A stretch of DNA of 64,000 bases from contig QOPD01000002.1 of NCBI GenBank assembly GCA_003331605.1, positions 118,188 through 182,187 on the forward strand. Direction: 5' to 3'. The DNA is from SAR86 cluster bacterium. Its GTDB lineage: Bacteria; Pseudomonadota; Gammaproteobacteria; Magnimaribacterales; TMED112. Under the pieces are notes generated by a model, which had not been told where the DNA came from, did not search any database, and worked only from the letters and a program-made list of their open reading frames with translations. Both the position numbers and the translations under genes were made by a program. Of this stretch, positions 33,724-44,069 are shown piece after piece (position 1 is the first letter of the stretch; each line of letters opens with the position of its first letter).

Positions 33724-34654
33724 AGAGATTATTCTAGCCAACCCGAGAGGCTTTTGTGCTGGTGTTGATAGAGCTATTGAGATAGTTGAAAAATCACTGG
33801 AGAAATTTAATGAGCCTGTATTTGTTCGGCATCACGTAGTACATAACAAAAATGTTGTTAAGCATTTAGAATCAAAGGGAGTGACTTTTGTAAAAGAAGT
33901 CCATGAAATTCCCGATAACTCAATTGCAATATTTAGCGCACATGGTGTTTCGTCTGAAGTAGAGGATTCCGCAAAATTACGAAAGTTTAAATATTTTGAC
34001 GCGACTTGTCCTTTGGTTACTAAGGTGCATTTGGAAGTGCAAAAACATGCAAAAAAAGGTCGCGATATTGTATTAATTGGACACAAAGGGCACCCCGAAG
34101 TTATAGGCACACTTGGTAGACATCCAAAAGATTCCCTGACTAATATCTATCTTGTTGAGACAGTAGAGGATATTGAAAAACTAGAAGTGAACAGAGATAA
34201 CCTTGCCTACGTTACACAAACGACTTTATCGGTAGATGAAACAAAAGAAATTATTGCAAAATTGAAGAAAGTATATCCAAATATAATTGGTCCTAGTGCT
34301 GATGATATTTGTTATGCAACCCAGAATAGACAGGATGCAGTAAAGCAATTGGCTCTAGAATCAGAGTTTGTAATTGTTATAGGTTCAAAAAGTAGTTCAA
34401 ATTCTAATAGGTTGATGGAATTAGCAGAAAACTGTGGCACTAGATCGTGTCTCATTGATAACCCAGAGGATCTCGATACAAGCTTGCTTGATGATGTGAA
34501 AAGTATTGGTATTACAGCAGGTGCTTCTGCACCAGAATATATTGTTCAAGATTTAATTAAATTTCTAAAAAATTTAAACTTCTCTTCAGTAAGGAACATA
34601 GCTGGAAGTGAAGAGGATATTACCTTTAAGCTTCCAAGGGAGTTAATTGATTGA
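33716..34654 (+). CDS. ispH: HMBPP reductase IspH (LytB)
   Basis: True start [25 protein letters not shown] (ATG 33716). The track ORF start at 33620 lies inside lspA. Confidence 0.95.
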   Translation: [312 protein letters not shown]

Positions 34655-35877
34655 GCGAAATAGCGGTAATTGGAGCAGGTGTTACGGGGATAAATGCCGC
34701 ATATTTCCTTGCAAAAAAAGGTCATAAAGTAACTGTTTTCGAAAACGAAAAATATGCAGGGATGGCAACAAGTTTTTCTAATGGTGCTCAAATAAGTGCT
34801 TGCAATTCTGAGACATGGAATAATTTAGAAATTGTTTCTAGAGGTTTAAAATCAATGTTTAAATCTGATGCACCTCTTTATATTAGACCATTTCCAGATT
34901 TTTCAGACTTGTCAGGAACATTTTCGAAATATATGTGGCTTGGTGAATTCTTTTTTGCCAGCTTAAGCGGTGATTACAAAAAAAATTCAGAAAAAATATT
35001 TTCTATGGCCTTAAAGTCTAGAGAACTTTATTTAAAAATAATAGAAGAGGAAAATCTTGAATTCGATTTCTTACAGAAAGGGATTCTGCAATACTTTGAA
35101 TCAGAAACCGAATTAGAAAAAATGCATACAAAGAAAGAGTGGATTGAATCTATCGGAGTGGAGTGGGATAGGCTTTCGTTTGAAGAAATCGTTGAGCTTG
35201 AACCAGCACTAGCAAACAATAAATCAATAGTTGGTGGTATTTATACAAAATCTGATGCCACTGGAGATATTCATAAATATTGTGTGGAGCTAGGCAAAGT
35301 GTTGAAGAATAAATACAGTGTCATCTTTAAATATGGCCAACCAGTACAGGATATTTCAGGACAAGATAAACCCATTTTAGTTACAGAAAATTATGAACAT
35401 ACATTTGATAAGGTAGTCATAAGCGCTGGGGTGACAACAGAGCAATTCAAAAAAAAATTTGGTGACAACTTTAGAATTTATCCAGCAAAAGGATACTCCA
35501 TCACAATAGATTTAGACGAGGAATCTCAGAAAGCTGCCCCCTTTGTTTCACTTAAAGACGAATCAAATAAGCTTGTATGTTCAAGGCTTGGAAACCGTCT
35601 GAGAGTTGCTGGTACAGTAGAGCTGGATGGATATAACAAAGATATAAGAGAGAATAGAGTCAAGCCACTTCTGAAATGGGTCAATAATGTTTTCCCAAAA
35701 ATAAGCACAGAAAACTATTTACCATGGACCGGACTTAGGCCTATGACACCAAATATGATGCCTATTGTGCAAGCATCAAAAAGAAAAAATATCTATTACA
35801 ACTCAGGCCATGGAATATTGGGTTGGACTTTAGGCACATCGACAGCAAAGTCTTTATCTGATCTAATTTCTGATTAA
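34651..35877 (+). CDS. FAD-dependent oxidoreductase, D-amino-acid dehydrogenase (DadA)-like
   Basis: 408 aa; IAVIGAGVTGINAAYFLAKKGHKVTVFE dinucleotide fold; YPAKGYSITI and WTGLRPMTP..NSGHGILGWT parallel E. coli DadA. TTG start overlapping the ispH stop. Confidence 0.7.
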   Translation: MSEIAVIGAGVTGINAAYFLAKKGHKVTVFENEKYAGMATSFSNGAQISACNSETWNNLEIVSRGLKSMFKSDAPLYIRPFPDFSDLSGTFSKYMWLGEFFFASLSGDYKKNSEKIFSMALKSRELYLKIIEEENLEFDFLQKGILQYFESETELEKMHTKKEWIESIGVEWDRLSFEEIVELEPALANNKSIVGGIYTKSDATGDIHKYCVELGKVLKNKYSVIFKYGQPVQDISGQDKPILVTENYEHTFDKVVISAGVTTEQFKKKFGDNFRIYPAKGYSITIDLDEESQKAAPFVSLKDESNKLVCSRLGNRLRVAGTVELDGYNKDIRENRVKPLLKWVNNVFPKISTENYLPWTGLRPMTPNMMPIVQASKRKNIYYNSGHGILGWTLGTSTAKSLSDLISD

Positions 35878-35913
35878 CTGAATTATAGGCCTCCATAAGT
35901 TAAAATTATTTAG

Positions 35914-36435
35914 ATGAAGATCGTTGACCATTATTTAGATAAGGCCACACAGTTGCCTTCACCCAATTTTTCGGAGAGGAAAAATAGTATCGATTTAGTG
36001 GTGATTCATTGTATTAGTCTACCTGAAGGGGAGTATGGCAGCTCAAACATTGAAGACTTATTCTTAAATAAAATTGATTACTTCAAACATGATTCCTTCA
36101 AATCTCTTGAAAATCTAAAAGTTTCATCGCATCTGCTGATTAAAAGAGATGGTACTGTAACTCAATTTGTTGCGTTTGATAAGTGTGCTTGGCATGCGGG
36201 TGAATCATCCTATGATGGCAGAAAAAATTGTAATGATTTTTCAATTGGGATCGAGCTTGAAGGCTGCATTGATGATATTTTTACAGAAAAACAATACACA
36301 GAATTAAGCAAAATCATGAAAGAGCTCAAAAGCGTCTACAGCATTACCAATATAGTTGGCCATTCAGATGTAGCGCCAGGAAGAAAATTTGATCCCGGAG
36401 AAAATTTCGATTGGGAGAGGGTTGCTGATGTTTAA
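35914..36435 (+). CDS. ampD: 1,6-anhydro-N-acetylmuramyl-L-alanine amidase AmpD
   Basis: 173 aa; SPNFSERK, VVIHCISLP, AWHAGES, IVGHSDVAPGRKFDPG amidase_2 motifs. Confidence 0.85.
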   Translation: MKIVDHYLDKATQLPSPNFSERKNSIDLVVIHCISLPEGEYGSSNIEDLFLNKIDYFKHDSFKSLENLKVSSHLLIKRDGTVTQFVAFDKCAWHAGESSYDGRKNCNDFSIGIELEGCIDDIFTEKQYTELSKIMKELKSVYSITNIVGHSDVAPGRKFDPGENFDWERVADV

Positions 36436-37966
36436 AAAGTTCCCACTCAATTTTGTTTTTTTTGGAATATCAGCTTCATTACCATACTTTGTTACTGGTG
36501 CTGCTTTATCAAGATGGCTTCGGGTTGAGGGACTTGATTTATCTGACATTGGGCTGCTATCTTTGGGTGGCTTAGTTGTAGCATTTAATTTTTTGTGGTC
36601 ACCCTTTATAAACAAAATAAAAATTCCAGTTTTATTTGATATTCTTGGGTTACGAAGATCTTGGCTTTTGATTTCACAACTTCTTCTAGCTATTGCTGTA
36701 TTTTGTTTATCTAATATTGATCCTATTACAAATTACCTGGGTATCTTAATTCTAATTTTGCTTATAACTTTTCTTGGGTCAATCCAAGATATTGCACTGG
36801 ATGCATATCGAGTAGAGTACGATTCTTTTTATCCTGCTGCCAATTTAGCAAGCACATATGTAATTGGTTGGCGTATGGGCTCATATCTATTAGGAGGGTT
36901 AATCTTTTCTCAAGAAACCTCATTGCAGTGGCCAACAATTCATAAATTTATTGCCATACTTTTTTTATTTTTGTCATTAACTACAGTTTTCTCAAAGCGA
37001 GTTAATGAAAATAATCTAAAATCGGCCAGCTCCAACCAGCTTTTTGAAGCTATAAAGAATCTATTTCTAAAAAAAGATCTGTTATTAATACTTTTATTCA
37101 TAGCTTTCTATAGAGTCTCTGATCAAGTGCTCGGTTTTATGGCTTATCCTCTCTACACAGACTTAGGTTTTACTGGAGAAGATTTAGCCGCAAAAAATTT
37201 GGGGAACTTTATTGCAACTTTCTTTGGAGCATTTCTTGCAGCCTCGATTATTAATAGGTTCTCATTGCAAATTGGTCTTTTTGTTGGAGCTATATTTATT
37301 CTAGTAACAAATTTATTGTTTTCGGCACTTTATCTGTATCCAAATCTTAGCAATTTATTGTTGATAAATTTTTTAGATACTATCGCCCAAGCTTTTGCAA
37401 CTGCTAGCTTTCTTGCATATCTAGTTACATTAATTAACAGGAATTTTACCGCGATTCAGCATGCAATATTTACTTCATTAATGTTAGTTCCTGGGATGAT
37501 TCTGAGAGGTTACTCTGGTTATTTTGTTGAATCATTTGATTATTATAATTTCTTCATTTTTTGTGGCTTTATGGGAATACCAGCAGTGCTTATCTCATAC
37601 TTCTTTGTAAGAGGATCACAGGTGAACTCTGAAAATGGGTTAAAAATGTTAACTATCTTATTACTGATAGTAGTATTATTGCTTTCTTTGTTAAGTCTTG
37701 ATCAAGGGTCTGGCATTAATGATAAATTTATACATTTTTTTGCATATGGGTTTATTGCATTTGTTGGCTTATTAGCAAGCAAGAAAAATGCTAAATCTCT
37801 TCTAATTGCCATGTTGATAGCATTTGGTGTAATTATTGAATGTCTTCAAGGTTTCTCTGGATTGAGGAATTTTGAGTATATGGATATAATAGCCAATTCT
37901 TTAGGAACTTTTGGGGGACTTTTCTTATATTTTTTAAGCAGAAATTACTTGAAAAAAATTACCTAA
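36428..37966 (+). CDS. ampG: AmpG-like MFS muropeptide permease with in-frame C-terminal VanZ-like module
   Basis: Start at MFKKFPLNFVFFGISASLPYFVTGAALSRWL (ATG 36428, 8-nt overlap with ampD). About 400 aa MFS body, then the last ~105 aa carry DKFIHFFAYGF...ECLQGFSGLRNFEYMDIIANSLGTFGG (VanZ family pattern). Confidence 0.7.
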   Translation: MFKKFPLNFVFFGISASLPYFVTGAALSRWLRVEGLDLSDIGLLSLGGLVVAFNFLWSPFINKIKIPVLFDILGLRRSWLLISQLLLAIAVFCLSNIDPITNYLGILILILLITFLGSIQDIALDAYRVEYDSFYPAANLASTYVIGWRMGSYLLGGLIFSQETSLQWPTIHKFIAILFLFLSLTTVFSKRVNENNLKSASSNQLFEAIKNLFLKKDLLLILLFIAFYRVSDQVLGFMAYPLYTDLGFTGEDLAAKNLGNFIATFFGAFLAASIINRFSLQIGLFVGAIFILVTNLLFSALYLYPNLSNLLLINFLDTIAQAFATASFLAYLVTLINRNFTAIQHAIFTSLMLVPGMILRGYSGYFVESFDYYNFFIFCGFMGIPAVLISYFFVRGSQVNSENGLKMLTILLLIVVLLLSLLSLDQGSGINDKFIHFFAYGFIAFVGLLASKKNAKSLLIAMLIAFGVIIECLQGFSGLRNFEYMDIIANSLGTFGGLFLYFLSRNYLKKIT

Positions 37967-37976
37967 ATCCTAAATA
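37948..37976 (+). promoter_or_regulatory. Candidate sigma-32 heat-shock promoter for groESL
   Basis: CTTGAAA (37948..37954), then 14 nt, then CCTAAATA (37969..37976), versus consensus CTTGAAA-N13-14-CCCCATNT. The -35 is perfect and the -10 is weak. Overlaps the ampG stop codon. Confidence 0.3.
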
Positions 37977-38005
37977 AATGCTAGTTATTTGGAGGATAAC
38001 AAAAA

Positions 38006-39945
<1,940 letters not shown>

Positions 39946-39966
39946 ATCATTTTAAAAACTATAATT

Positions 39967-39993
39967 AAAGGGAGCTTATGCTCCCTTTTTTTT
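39967..39993 (+). terminator. Rho-independent terminator after groEL
   Basis: GGGAGC (39970..39975), TTAT loop, GCTCCC (39980..39985), followed by T8. Confidence 0.85.
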
Positions 39994-40027
39994 ATTCTTG
40001 AATTAGAATATTATTTGGAGAAAAATT

Positions 40028-40687
40028 ATGTATGAGTTTTTATCACAAATAGATCGTTTTCTTCATGTTTTATTCGGAATAACATGGATAGGTCTACTTT
40101 ATTATTTTAATTTTGTAGGATCAGGTTATCTTAAAGAAGCTTCACCTGAAGGAAAAAAAGATGCACTTCAAAAATTGGTTCCTAATGCTTTATGGTATTT
40201 TAGATGGGCAGCACTATTCACCTTCATAACCGGACTTTATCTGCTTTACTACGTTTCGGAGATCCCTGGAGCATATAATGTTGGAATCTCGTTAGGCGCA
40301 ACCATGGCAACCATTATGTTCTTGAATGTGTGGCTAATAATATGGCCAAACCAAAAGAAAGTGATTGCAGGCACTGCAGATGCAGCAGATGCAGGTGCAA
40401 AAGCAGCACTGGCTTCTAGAACCAATACATTGTTTTCATTCCCAATGCTTTACTTCATGATTTATTCAGCGCACATAAATTATGGCAATGATGCATTAGT
40501 TCTATCAGGAGGTTACGGCCCAGGATGGAGTTCTTATTCATTATGGGTAGGAGCGCTAGTTATTTTATTGATTGAATTAAACGCCATCTTTGGAAAAATG
40601 AGAAAATGGTTTGAATCAGTAAAAGCAGTAATTCATTCTGGAATACTTCTGACAGTATTTTTTGGGGCTTTAGTTTATTATTTTTAG
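40028..40687 (+). CDS. Conserved integral membrane protein of unknown function (resembles the membrane domain of PuuD-type proteins)
   Basis: 219 aa, about 5 TM; FLHVLFGITWIGLLYYFNFV and NVWLIIWPNQKK motifs, recalled from the N-terminal membrane domain of proteins annotated urate hydroxylase PuuD. No cytochrome c domain here. Function not established. Confidence 0.4.
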   Translation: MYEFLSQIDRFLHVLFGITWIGLLYYFNFVGSGYLKEASPEGKKDALQKLVPNALWYFRWAALFTFITGLYLLYYVSEIPGAYNVGISLGATMATIMFLNVWLIIWPNQKKVIAGTADAADAGAKAALASRTNTLFSFPMLYFMIYSAHINYGNDALVLSGGYGPGWSSYSLWVGALVILLIELNAIFGKMRKWFESVKAVIHSGILLTVFFGALVYYF

Positions 40688-41937
40688 ATAATATCAGTGG
40701 AGTCTTCAGAGACTCTGCTGACTTTTACCTCTTTAATTAGGTTGTCTTCTATTCCTAATGTCTCAAGCTTATAGCTTCCCAGCGTAATACAAATGTTCGC
40801 AGTTGGAATCATATCCAACTCATCTGTAATTAAACCACTTATTGTTTTTTGACCGTCTTCAGGCAAATCCCATGACATATATGTATTAAGCTCCCTAATT
40901 GTTGTTGATCCATCAGCAGTAACTGACAAATCATCATTAATTAGCATGCTAGGATCTTTTTCTTCTTGGTTAAGCCTACCAATAATCTGTTCAATAAGAT
41001 CTTCCAGTGTAACTATTCCAGTAAAGTTGCCATATTCATCAACAACCATGCCTATTTCGTTGCCTGTTTTCTGAAACTGTTTTAGTTGTGCAAAAAGCGA
41101 TGTAGATTCAGGCACATAGTAAGGGCTGATTAAGATATCTTTTGCCGAGCTACCTAAAGCTTGCAATTGATCGGCCTCCTTAGAGTGTATGAAGCCAAGA
41201 ATATCCTGAGAAGTTTCATCAAATACAGGAAAAAAGATATCTTTTTCAGGGATACTTTTAATATTTTCGTCATTGATATTGATGGATATCACTTCTTGTA
41301 TAGGTATTAGTATATCTTCAACGGTGAGTTCATTAAGCTCTAGTAATGACTTTAAAGCTATCATTTCATCTTCATCGACCTGTTCGGTATCTTTCTGTAA
41401 AACTGATTTAAGCTCATCTCTATTTAGATTTTGTGAAAAATAATTTTCATCACTGTTCGTTCCTGTAATTAAATTTCCTATTGAAGTTAGAATTTTTGCA
41501 AACCAACCAATTATATTTGTCAAAATTTCCAAAGGTCTGCTTGCAGGATATGCTATAGACTCTGGTTGCTTAGTGGCATAATTTTTTGGAGCAATTTCAG
41601 CAAAAATAATTACCACTATTGTTAAAATTAACGTGCCTGCCCAAACATACTGGTCTCCAAATTTACTAATAATATAGTAGGTTAGTAATGCCGATGCAGA
41701 TATATTAACTAGGTTGTTTCCAATAAGAATAACACCCAAAACCTCTGTAATTTTTGCTCTTAATGAATTTACTCTTTTAGCAGATATACTTCCTTTTTCT
41801 TCAGCATTATCGAGCTTGATTTGATTAATTGCCATTAGAGATGTTTCTGAACTAGAAAAAAATGCAGACAATAAAATAAGAATAAGCAAAATGATTACTA
41901 TAAGCAGATCAAAATTATCGAATGTAGAAATATCCAA
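40684..41937 (-). CDS. CNNM/DUF21-CBS-CorC family protein (TlyC/CorB-like, putative divalent-cation efflux)
   Basis: 417 aa; N-terminal 4-TM DUF21, CBS pair, C-terminal CorC_HlyC-like domain. Stop overlaps the stop of the convergent gene (TTAG). Confidence 0.75.
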   Translation of the reverse strand: MDISTFDNFDLLIVIILLILILLSAFFSSSETSLMAINQIKLDNAEEKGSISAKRVNSLRAKITEVLGVILIGNNLVNISASALLTYYIISKFGDQYVWAGTLILTIVVIIFAEIAPKNYATKQPESIAYPASRPLEILTNIIGWFAKILTSIGNLITGTNSDENYFSQNLNRDELKSVLQKDTEQVDEDEMIALKSLLELNELTVEDILIPIQEVISININDENIKSIPEKDIFFPVFDETSQDILGFIHSKEADQLQALGSSAKDILISPYYVPESTSLFAQLKQFQKTGNEIGMVVDEYGNFTGIVTLEDLIEQIIGRLNQEEKDPSMLINDDLSVTADGSTTIRELNTYMSWDLPEDGQKTISGLITDELDMIPTANICITLGSYKLETLGIEDNLIKEVKVSRVSEDSTDII

Positions 41938-42023
41938 AATTAATTAAGAAAATAAGTAAATATTTTGTGAATCTTCTTCAGAAAAGGTGTAAAATGCCAT
42001 TTTCAAATATTATACATTAAAAA

Positions 42024-42491
42024 ATGGTTGTAATTAGACTTTCTAGAGGGGGCGCAAAGAAGAGGCCGTTTTATCATATTTCAGTTTCAGACAGAAGAAA
42101 TAAGAGAGATGGTAGCTTTATTGAAAAAATTGGCTTTTATAATCCAATAGCTAAAGATGGGGAAGAAAAAATAAAGGTCAATCTTGAGAGATATGAGTAC
42201 TGGCTATCAGTAGGGGCTCAACCAAGTGACACAGTTGAAATGCTAGTTAAAAGATCTGGTATGTCTGAAGAAGAGATTGAAAAAATTGAAAACAAAAAGA
42301 AAGAACAACAACGCCTTAAAAAAGAAAAAGAAATATTAGCAGCTCAGGAAAAAGCTGCTGCTGAAGAAGCACCTGCTGAAGAAGCACCTGCTGAAGAAGC
42401 ACCTGCTGAAGAAGCACCTGCTGAAGAAGCACCAGCCGAAGAAGCACCTGCTGAAGAAGCACCTGCTGAAGAAGAAAAGAAAGATCAATAG
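42024..42491 (+). CDS. rpsP: 30S ribosomal protein S16 with long Lys/Glu-rich and (EEAPA)7 C-terminal extension
   Basis: [19 protein letters not shown]... core of about 80 aa, then [23 protein letters not shown](EEAPA)7EEEKKDQ. 155 aa total. Confidence 0.95.
   Translation: MVVIRLSRGGAKKRPFYHISVSDRRNKRDGSFIEKIGFYNPIAKDGEEKIKVNLERYEYWLSVGAQPSDTVEMLVKRSGMSEEEIEKIENKKKEQQRLKKEKEILAAQEKAAAEEAPAEEAPAEEAPAEEAPAEEAPAEEAPAEEAPAEEEKKDQ
42360..42474 (+). repeat. Tandem 15-bp in-frame repeat, 7 full copies plus a partial one
   Basis: GCTGAAGAAGCACCT x7 at 42360..42464. Only two substitutions, both at the junction of copies 5 and 6 (ACCAGCC instead of ACCTGCT). Partial eighth copy runs to about 42474. 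Confidence 0.95.
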
Positions 42492-42534
42492 TATCAATAT
42501 TGTTTCCGTTGCAAAATTTGGAAAAACCCATGGA

Positions 42535-42969
42535 TTGAAAGGGGAAATAAGGGTTAATTCATTTTGCAATCCAGTAGAAAATATTCTGTACTACAAAAAA
42601 TTTTATTTAAAAGATGGGTCTGGAATTCAGATAGATTTTCTGAATTCATCTCATCCTTACATTGCTAAAGTTAAAAATATAGATTCAATTGAAGATGCAA
42701 AAAAACTTGTTAACGATGAGATATTTATTTCTGAGGGAGAGATGCGAAAAGATGAAGAAGCTATTTACTGGAATGATTTGCTTGGGTGTGAGGTGGTCAA
42801 TGATTCAGAAATTATGCTTGGAACAGTCTATAAAGTTGACAATCATGGTGCATCAGATTTAATTTTTATTAAGACAGACAGCGAAGACATTATTATCCCA
42901 CTAGAAGATATTTTTCTTATAGATTTTGATAAACACAATAAATTACTCAGGGTCGATTGGGATATATAA
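42535..42969 (+). CDS. rimM: 16S rRNA processing protein RimM
   Basis: The track start (TTG 42535) cuts the conserved N-terminal G-x-x-G-x-x-G strand. The in-frame upstream sequence reads INIVSVAKFGKTHGLKGEIRV, so the real start is probably about 42493-42499 (ATC/ATT). See finding. Confidence 0.8.
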   Translation: MKGEIRVNSFCNPVENILYYKKFYLKDGSGIQIDFLNSSHPYIAKVKNIDSIEDAKKLVNDEIFISEGEMRKDEEAIYWNDLLGCEVVNDSEIMLGTVYKVDNHGASDLIFIKTDSEDIIIPLEDIFLIDFDKHNKLLRVDWDI

Positions 42970-42986
42970 GATATATACTTTCTTTT

Positions 42987-43712
42987 ATGAATATAAATGT
43001 AATTGCTCTATTTCCTGAAGTGATTAAATCATCATTAGTAGGTGTCACTGGGAAAGCATTTGAAAATGAAAAAGCAAAATTAAACCTTATTGATTTAAAA
43101 GACTTCTCTACAAACTCATATGGAAGTGTTGATGATTCTCCTTACGGTGGCGGAGAGGGTATGGTTATGTGTATAGAGCCCCTTGAAAAAGCGCTAAGAA
43201 GCATATGCAGCACTGGAAAGGTAGTTAATTTAAGTCCACAAGGGAAAAATTTTAATCATAAAAAAGCCATAGAACTATCTCTATTGGATAACATCACTTT
43301 TATATGTGGGAGATATGAAGGCATTGATCAAAGATTTATTGATAGCTATGTAGATGAAGAAATATCTATTGGTGATTTTGTTTTAAGTGGAGGAGAGATT
43401 GCTGCATCTGTAATTATAGATTCAATGCTAAGAAATCTTCCAAGAGTGATAGGAAATCAAGATTCTGTAAATAAGGATAGCCATAGCCATGGCAAGCTGA
43501 AAGGATATTCCTTTACAAAACCTGCAATATATAACAATCAAGAAGTGCCTGAAGTTCTAACATCTGGCGACCATGAAAAAATAGCTAATTGGAAGTTAGC
43601 AAATAGTCTGTGGGTTACTAAACAAAAAAGGCCAGATTTATTTGAACAATTACAACTTTCTGAAAAAGAAATGATATTATTACGTGATTACGAATCTGGT
43701 AAACTTAGCTGA
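42987..43712 (+). CDS. trmD: tRNA (guanine37-N1)-methyltransferase
   Basis: Start at MNINVIALFPEV (ATG 42987); GRYEGIDQR, GDFVLSGGE motifs. Confidence 0.95.
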   Translation: MNINVIALFPEVIKSSLVGVTGKAFENEKAKLNLIDLKDFSTNSYGSVDDSPYGGGEGMVMCIEPLEKALRSICSTGKVVNLSPQGKNFNHKKAIELSLLDNITFICGRYEGIDQRFIDSYVDEEISIGDFVLSGGEIAASVIIDSMLRNLPRVIGNQDSVNKDSHSHGKLKGYSFTKPAIYNNQEVPEVLTSGDHEKIANWKLANSLWVTKQKRPDLFEQLQLSEKEMILLRDYESGKLS

Positions 43713-43721
43713 CAAAGGGAA

Positions 43722-44069
43722 ATGACCAAAAATTTAGTAGAAAAAGTTGAAAAAACACAACTTAAAGAAATACCTGAATTTAGAACAGGTGATACCTTAG
43801 TTGTTCAAGTAAGAGTAACTGAAGGTGAAAGGTCAAGACTGCAAGCATTTGAAGGGCTTGTAATATCAAAAAAGAAAAGAGGTCTTAATTCATCTTTTAT
43901 CGTAAGAAAAATATCAAATGGAGTTGGTGTTGAAAGAACTTTTCAAACGCACAGTCCATTAATAGAGTCTATTAAAGTTAAAAGAAAAGGGCTTGTAAGA
44001 CAATCTAAACTTTACTATATTCGCGAAAGATCTGGAAAATCTGCTAGGATTAAAGAAAAAATTAGTTAG
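43722..44069 (+). CDS. rplS: 50S ribosomal protein L19
   Basis: 115 aa; [28 protein letters not shown]. Confidence 0.97.
   Translation: MTKNLVEKVEKTQLKEIPEFRTGDTLVVQVRVTEGERSRLQAFEGLVISKKKRGLNSSFIVRKISNGVGVERTFQTHSPLIESIKVKRKGLVRQSKLYYIRERSGKSARIKEKIS

Noticed and set aside
42360-42474. Tandem repeat as a CRISPR or other non-coding array
   Set aside because: The 15-bp units are directly adjacent with no spacers. They are in frame within rpsP and encode EEAPA. There are no cas genes in the window.
42316-42569. Two minus-strand ORFs (71 and 77 aa) with repetitive QQVLL / FFSRC sequences
   Set aside because: They are antisense read-throughs of the rpsP 15-bp tandem repeat. Their periodic low-complexity peptides are a by-product of the repeat. 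They have no start context and lie fully inside rpsP and the rimM start region.
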